A DNA stretch of 41,483 nucleotides from positions 1 through 41,483 of the forward strand of contig DAIPJA010000001.1 of assembly GCA_036770525.1 (NCBI GenBank). Reading direction: 5' to 3'. Each line of letters begins with the position of its first letter. The first letter of the stretch is position 1. Below, piece after piece: positions 36,329 through 41,483 of this stretch. This DNA comes from Gudongella sp. GTDB lineage: Bacteria > Bacillota > Clostridia > Tissierellales > Tissierellaceae. The position numbers and the translations under genes are program-made. The notes under the pieces are model-generated. The model saw only the letters and a list, made by a program, of their open reading frames with translations. It ran no database searches and was not told the origin of the DNA.

Positions 36329-37603
36329 ATGGACCCAATAATACTTAAATCTGCCCAGCTAAGCGAGAGAGCAAAATACAGGATAATATCCCTGTATTCT
36401 TTCTCAGTTGCCTTTGCCGGGCTCTTTTTTAATCCTCCTGAGGAGATCGCGTCAGGACTTTGGAGTATAATGACATCGCCAAGCATTCTGCTTTCCGACT
36501 ATTTCATTATCGGAAACATAGGTGCTTCACTTCTAAATAGTGGCTTACTTATGCTGCTTGCGATTTTTGTAGCATCCAGAAGCAAGTCTCTAATGAATGG
36601 ACCTATAATAGCCGCTGTATTTACCATTGGAGGTTTCGCACTCTTCGGGAAGAATCTTTACAATACCTTAAGTATAGTTCTTGGAGTATATCTCCACAGC
36701 AGAATGAACAAGGATCACTTTGGAAAGTACATAATAATCGCCTATTTTGGAACCGCCCTGGCACCTCTCGTAAGCCAGGTAAGCTTTGGCTTTGGTCTAC
36801 CTCCCCTGATAGGTGTATTGGCAGGTAACCTGTTCGGCATAGGAATAGGGTTGCTTCTGCCGCCGCTTGCCAGCAGCTTCGTCAGGTTCCATCAGGGCTT
36901 CAACCTTTACAACGTTGGATTTACAGCAGGGATAACAGGTATGCTCTTCATGTCCATTTTCAGGACGCTGGGGTACGATAACAAAGGACCCTTAGGTACT
37001 TATCAGGAATTCAATCCATTCCTACTGGGGTTTTTCTCCTTGATGTTCATTTCGATGATATTTATAAAATATAGAGCATCAGACAAGCCAATAGGATATT
37101 ACAAAAGCATTTTGTCTCATCCCGGGCGACTTGTTACTGACTTTGTTTCACTAAACGGCTTTGGATTCACCTTATTTAATATGGGAATACTTGGCTTGGT
37201 GGGTATCATCTATGTCTATGCAGTCGGCGGAGTATTGAATGGCCCAGTTATTGGAGGTATATTTACGCTTGTGGGCTTTGGTGCTTTTGGTAAGCATCCA
37301 AGGAATTCGATCCCTGTTATGGCTGGAGTCTTTCTGACAGCTTTGGTTTTTGGAGATGGCCCCGGTTCAACAGGTGCGATACTTACAGCCCTTTTCTCTA
37401 CAGCCCTCGCTCCCATTGCAGGTCAGTACGGTCCGATCGCAGGCTTGGTCGCTGGGTTTATCCATATGTCTATAGTTAGCAATACAGCATATTTACACGG
37501 AGGGATGAATCTCTACAACAATGGCTTCACTGCGGGCTTTGTTGCAGCAATTCTTGTGCCTGTGATTGAGGCCTACAGAAAGGAGAATGAGAATGAAGGA
37601 TGA
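36329..37603 (+). CDS. DUF1576-family polytopic membrane protein
   Basis: LSDYF..GNIGA, GFALFGKN, HQGFNLYNVGF, GFGAFGKH, HGGMNLYNNGF. Confidence 0.8.
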   Translation: MDPIILKSAQLSERAKYRIISLYSFSVAFAGLFFNPPEEIASGLWSIMTSPSILLSDYFIIGNIGASLLNSGLLMLLAIFVASRSKSLMNGPIIAAVFTIGGFALFGKNLYNTLSIVLGVYLHSRMNKDHFGKYIIIAYFGTALAPLVSQVSFGFGLPPLIGVLAGNLFGIGIGLLLPPLASSFVRFHQGFNLYNVGFTAGITGMLFMSIFRTLGYDNKGPLGTYQEFNPFLLGFFSLMFISMIFIKYRASDKPIGYYKSILSHPGRLVTDFVSLNGFGFTLFNMGILGLVGIIYVYAVGGVLNGPVIGGIFTLVGFGAFGKHPRNSIPVMAGVFLTALVFGDGPGSTGAILTALFSTALAPIAGQYGPIAGLVAGFIHMSIVSNTAYLHGGMNLYNNGFTAGFVAAILVPVIEAYRKENENEG

Positions 37604-37931
37604 AAAATCAAAAATGTTGAAAATAATGAATGAGCTGGTCAGGTTTTACCTAAAATCAGGCAACCACAGTGTAAGGATAGCTTTAGATCTAACAGACCAT
37701 GAGGGAATAGTTTCTCTGGAGGGCTGCTGTACGAAAATAGATGAAAAAAAGCTGGAGGATCTAAATGACATTCTAAATTCTCCGCGTAAGGATGAAGCCG
37801 AGGAATATTATTGGAATCTTGTAGGGAGTAATGATTTCTCAGAGATCCATCTGCTGGGTTCTCTCGTAAATGAGGGTGAGGTCAAATATGATGGAAATGT
37901 TCTAAAAATGAGAGTTAAAAGGTACTTTTAA
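37593..37931 (+). CDS. Hypothetical protein coupled to the DUF1576 gene
   Basis: SD AAGGAG, overlaps the upstream stop; LNSPR..EAEEYYWNLVG motif. Confidence 0.7.
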   Translation: MKDEKSKMLKIMNELVRFYLKSGNHSVRIALDLTDHEGIVSLEGCCTKIDEKKLEDLNDILNSPRKDEAEEYYWNLVGSNDFSEIHLLGSLVNEGEVKYDGNVLKMRVKRYF

Positions 37932-37970
37932 AAAATCCGGTGACTTCCCTGAAAAAGGGTATCACCGGAT
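37931..37970. terminator. Terminator between convergent genes
   Basis: ATCCGGTGA..CCCT/AGGG..TCACCGGAT with an A-run on the left. Confidence 0.7.
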
Positions 37971-37972
37971 AA

Positions 37973-38764
37973 TTATTGCTTTTCGATACCTTCAATAATC
38001 CCATCGAGATTATCAAAGAAATAAATGGCGTTAGGTCCATCCAGGTTCATTGAATCCTTGTTGAGCTCACCCAGGTAGCTTTTCAATACTGCAGCAGTCC
38101 ATGATCCTGGGAAATCCTCAATGATCTTTTCGTATATCCTTTGGACTTCCTGGGACAGTCTGCTCTCTCCTTCCTCAGCGTAAATATACTGGTTCCCGAG
38201 TCCTTCGATACCCATTTTGACGTATACCCTGTATAGTTCTTCGATCCTGTCCCTTGTTTTTCCCTCAGGGTAACGCTTTATATGGTCCTCAGCTTCCAAT
38301 GCCCTCTTAAGTATCTCGTCTACTGGCTTTATAGTTGATTCCCCATCCGTTGTCTGGTCGACCGCCTCATTTTCCCATATTCTGAAATAGCTTTTCAGCT
38401 CATCGGAGGCATACTGCAGATAAGGCGAAACCTTTTCAAGTATCCCCTTCGTATCATATCCCTTTACCGAAAGGTGGTTTTCAAGCTGGATAAGCATCTC
38501 ATCCACCCTCTTCTCATCCAGGCCCTGGACATTTTCCTTAAGAAAGCTAAGTATCTTATCCTCACTTGCACGTTGCTGGATGTATTCATAGTATTCCTTA
38601 AGCACCTTGACCTGCTCCTGCTCCTCAAGCTTATCAACCACTATATCCACAACTGCATCCTTTAGTTTTTCCGTATCCACTGAATCCTTTATTTCCTGAG
38701 GTACCTTGTTACAGCCTGACAATAAAATTGAAAATACCATGAGAAAAATCAACATTCTTTTCAT
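37973..38764 (-). CDS. Hypothetical lipoprotein
   Basis: MKR + hydrophobic stretch + lipobox LSGC; SD GGGAG. Confidence 0.8.
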   Translation of the reverse strand: MKRMLIFLMVFSILLSGCNKVPQEIKDSVDTEKLKDAVVDIVVDKLEEQEQVKVLKEYYEYIQQRASEDKILSFLKENVQGLDEKRVDEMLIQLENHLSVKGYDTKGILEKVSPYLQYASDELKSYFRIWENEAVDQTTDGESTIKPVDEILKRALEAEDHIKRYPEGKTRDRIEELYRVYVKMGIEGLGNQYIYAEEGESRLSQEVQRIYEKIIEDFPGSWTAAVLKSYLGELNKDSMNLDGPNAIYFFDNLDGIIEGIEKQ

Positions 38765-38884
38765 GCTACCACTCCCTTAATGAAATTATACCTTCTTTTG
38801 AGACTTTTAGTGTTACATTATAGTTACAGCGGAAAATGGTTTCGTTTTCCCAAATATATTTTCCAGGATAAGGTTTTCCACTGA

Positions 38885-38913
38885 TTGACAGCTTTTGATC
38901 CCGCATATATAAT
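38885..38913 (+). promoter_or_regulatory. Consensus sigma-A promoter
   Basis: TTGACA-17 nt-TATAAT. Confidence 0.85.
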
Positions 38914-39021
38914 CATTTTCAATATATTCAATTTTTTCACCCATCTCCAACTTGGAGGCGGTTTTTTATACCCTAAGACTTTTATAGCATAAAGTCAAAA
39001 ATTAATTCAGGAGGTATTATA

Positions 39022-40203
39022 ATGGATAGTTTATTGGCATTAGTAATCGTTTTGGTAGCTTTCGCTGTAGGTGATTTAATATCCTATAAAACGAAATCTA
39101 TCGTATCCATGATGTTTGTGGCATCTGTAATTTTTCTTATCGGTTTTTGGATGGGAATACCTGCAACTTTATTTGCAGATGCTCAGTTGACAGGCTTTGG
39201 GGCTCTGATGATCGGACTGTTGATAACACATATGGGGACTCTGCTCAGTATTGAGGATCTTAAGAAGCAGTGGAAAACAGTACTTATAGCGCTGGCAGCC
39301 GTAGTTGGGATCGGAATTTTCCTGTTTGTTGTTGGAACTCCGATAATCGGAAGAGAGTATGCAGTTGCGTCAGCACCACCAATAGCAGGCGGGGTCGTTG
39401 CTGCAATCATAATGGGCGAAGGTGCAACAGCTAAAGGTCTGGATGCAATAGCGGTATTTGTAACACTATTAGTGGTAGTTCAAGGCTTCTTTGGATACCC
39501 GGTAGCATCCTTTATGCTTAACAGGGAAGCGAAGAAACTTTTAAAGGTATTCCACGAAAACAATGGCAAAGCCTCAGAGGTTGAAACCAAGGCAGCTGTT
39601 GAGCCTAAGCAGGAAAGAAAGAAGCTTATACCACCGTTATCAAAGGATCTTCAGACTACATACATCTTATTGGCTAAGCTTGCTATAATGGCTTTCGTGA
39701 GCTTTAAGCTTGCCGCTCTTACAAATGATGTCGTGCACAAATATGTAATGTGTCTGTTTGTAGGTGTTGCAGCAAGAGAAATTGGCTTCCTTGAGGAGGC
39801 AGTCATGACTAAGGCAAATGCCTTCGGCCTTGCTATGGTTGCATTGATGGCAGTTATATTTGGAAACCTTGCAAAGGCTACTCCTGAAATGCTTGCATCC
39901 ATACTTTTCCCATTGATCGCAAGCTTAGTTCTAGGGGTAATAGGTATCTCGATCTTTTCGGCTATTGCTGGAAAGCTTCTTGGATATTCCATGGAGATGT
40001 CCATAGCTATAGGTGCGTCAGCGCTCTTCGGCTTCCCTGGAACCTTCATAATCAGTAATGAGGTTGCGAACGCTAATGGAAAGACCGAGGAGGAAAGAGG
40101 AGCGATCCTCCATGAAATAATGCCTAAGATGCTTGTTTCAGGCTTTGTAACAGTTACTATAGCATCGGTAGTTCTTGCTGGTGTTATGGTTAAATTGATT
40201 TAA
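39022..40203 (+). CDS. Polytopic membrane protein, putative amino acid/dipeptide transporter
   Basis: About 10-12 hydrophobic segments, PPIAGGVVA and FGFPGT motifs; SD CAGGAGG; co-oriented with the amidohydrolase. Confidence 0.7.
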   Translation: MDSLLALVIVLVAFAVGDLISYKTKSIVSMMFVASVIFLIGFWMGIPATLFADAQLTGFGALMIGLLITHMGTLLSIEDLKKQWKTVLIALAAVVGIGIFLFVVGTPIIGREYAVASAPPIAGGVVAAIIMGEGATAKGLDAIAVFVTLLVVVQGFFGYPVASFMLNREAKKLLKVFHENNGKASEVETKAAVEPKQERKKLIPPLSKDLQTTYILLAKLAIMAFVSFKLAALTNDVVHKYVMCLFVGVAAREIGFLEEAVMTKANAFGLAMVALMAVIFGNLAKATPEMLASILFPLIASLVLGVIGISIFSAIAGKLLGYSMEMSIAIGASALFGFPGTFIISNEVANANGKTEEERGAILHEIMPKMLVSGFVTVTIASVVLAGVMVKLI

Positions 40204-40224
40204 TTTAATATCGGAGGTTACAGT

Positions 40225-41415
40225 ATGACTAAAAAAATAATGTATAAAGGCTTTAAACTTATAGACGGCAACGGCGGCAAGCCTGTTGAGAATGCCTACA
40301 TGGTAGTTGAGGATAAAAAAATATCGAAGCTGGGACTTTTCGTTGATCTTGATTCAACAGCAGGCTTTGAGTTGGTCGACCTTACGGGAAAGACGGTTAT
40401 GCCGGGACTTATCAACTCCCATGTCCATATAGTAATGGAGCCGGCAGCTGATCCAAACTCTATTCTAATGAGTGAATCAAAGTATAAGGCTGCTATAAGG
40501 GGAGTTGCAAACCTTAAAAAGCAGCTCCAAGCTGGGACCACCTTCTTCAGAGACATGGGCGGGCTGGATTTTATCGACCTTGAGATAAGAGATGCAGTAA
40601 AGCAAGGTTTAATTGAAGGACCTGAGTTTTTGGCATCCGGAAAGGTCATTACCATGACTGGCGGTCACGGTTGGATGATGGGAAGAGAAGCTGACGGACC
40701 CGACGAGATCAGAAAAGCTGCCAGAGAACAACTGAAGGCGGGTGCCGATGTCATTAAGATAATGGCTACTGGTGGAGTTATGACCAAGGGTGTGGAGCCT
40801 GGAAGCCCTCAGCTTTCCATGGAGGAAATGAAGGCAGCCGTAGAAGAAGCAAGAAAGGCAGGAAAAAGGACTGCTACACATGCTCAGGGCACAACTGGGA
40901 TAAAAAATGCGATAAGAGCTGGCTTAGATTCAATTGAGCACGGCATATTTCTTGACGACGAGGCAATACAGATGATGGTAGAAAACGGAACATTCCTGGT
41001 TCCTACGCTTGTGGCTCCATATTTCATAGTAAAATACGGAGAAGAGGCAGGTATACCAAAGTTCGCAGTAGACAAGTCCAAGTATGTTATGGAGTATCAT
41101 CTGGACAGCTTCAGAAGAGCTCACGAGGCAGGAGTTAAAATTGCAATGGGTACCGACTCAGGTACACCCTTCAATAAGCATGAAGGGGCTCCTTATGAGC
41201 TAAAGATGATGGCTGAAAATGGAATGACAGCTATGGAGTCTATAGTTGCTTCAACAAAAGGAAGCGCTGAATGCCTTGGGATCGAGAAGGAATATGGAAC
41301 CCTTGAAGCTGGTAAATTTGCAGACTTCCTGGTTCTGGATAATAATCCTGCTGAAGACCTGGATGCATTGTTCGATATCGGCCAGATTTACAAGCTGGGA
41401 AAAAGAGTTAAATAA
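40225..41415 (+). CDS. Metal-dependent amidohydrolase (prolidase/Xaa-Pro dipeptidase-like subgroup)
   Basis: MPGLINSHVH, TGGHG, IKIMATGG, HAQG, IEHG, MGTDSG, GKFADF. Confidence 0.88.
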   Translation: MTKKIMYKGFKLIDGNGGKPVENAYMVVEDKKISKLGLFVDLDSTAGFELVDLTGKTVMPGLINSHVHIVMEPAADPNSILMSESKYKAAIRGVANLKKQLQAGTTFFRDMGGLDFIDLEIRDAVKQGLIEGPEFLASGKVITMTGGHGWMMGREADGPDEIRKAAREQLKAGADVIKIMATGGVMTKGVEPGSPQLSMEEMKAAVEEARKAGKRTATHAQGTTGIKNAIRAGLDSIEHGIFLDDEAIQMMVENGTFLVPTLVAPYFIVKYGEEAGIPKFAVDKSKYVMEYHLDSFRRAHEAGVKIAMGTDSGTPFNKHEGAPYELKMMAENGMTAMESIVASTKGSAECLGIEKEYGTLEAGKFADFLVLDNNPAEDLDALFDIGQIYKLGKRVK

Positions 41416-41429
41416 CCGAATACCTCCCA

Positions 41430-41483
41430 AATCATAACTACCGGCTTAGCCGGTAGTTTGCTCTGCCCCTATAAGGGGCTTCT
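41430..41483. mobile_element. Probable end of an IS200/IS605-family element (or derived MITE), truncated by the window
   Basis: Tandem hairpins AACTACCGGC-tta-GCCGGTAGTT and GCCCCT-ata-AGGGGC resemble Firmicute IS200-type subterminal palindromes; no transposase visible. Confidence 0.6.

Noticed and set aside
1..41483. CRISPR array, tRNA/rRNA, prophage or integrase genes
   Set aside because: No regularly spaced direct repeats, cloverleaf or rRNA-like segments, or phage/recombinase motifs seen; intergenic gaps are all short

Overview
Chromosomal housekeeping/stress region of an anaerobic Firmicute (Clostridia/Tissierellia-like; inferred from gene content and Shine-Dalgarno/promoter style). Most genes are on the minus strand. 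(1) 1-11.9 kb: a hylC-hylB-hylA-fdhF-type NAD/ferredoxin-linked formate dehydrogenase operon. The catalytic subunit is one gene split by an in-frame UGA (selenocysteine) with a SECIS-like hairpin. It is followed by a ferritin-like gene, mogA, mobA, fdhD, a Moco/Tuco riboswitch plus terminator overlapping the fdhD 3' end, tupABC and two moeA paralogues. (2) 12.4-17.8 kb: a radical SAM / DUF4130 DNA-repair pair with alr, ung, an esterase and a gamma-glutamyl hydrolase, behind a LexA-box promoter. (3) trkAH. (4) CDF transporter, glutamate-cysteine ligase and an ATP-grasp ligase. (5) hcp, plus an adjacent permease-less cluster (SBP-like protein, G3E GTPase, ABC ATPase, Cys-rich protein). Both units carry the same GTAAC-N4-GTTAC palindrome centred at -41.5. 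This is the best candidate for an uncharacterised system. (6) DUF2249, chrA, a heterodimeric ABC exporter, an HTH-TPR regulator, a DUF1576 pair, a lipoprotein, a membrane protein plus amidohydrolase, and a probable IS200/IS605 end at the right edge. No CRISPR array, tRNA or rRNA was seen. All family assignments are by motif recognition, not database search.
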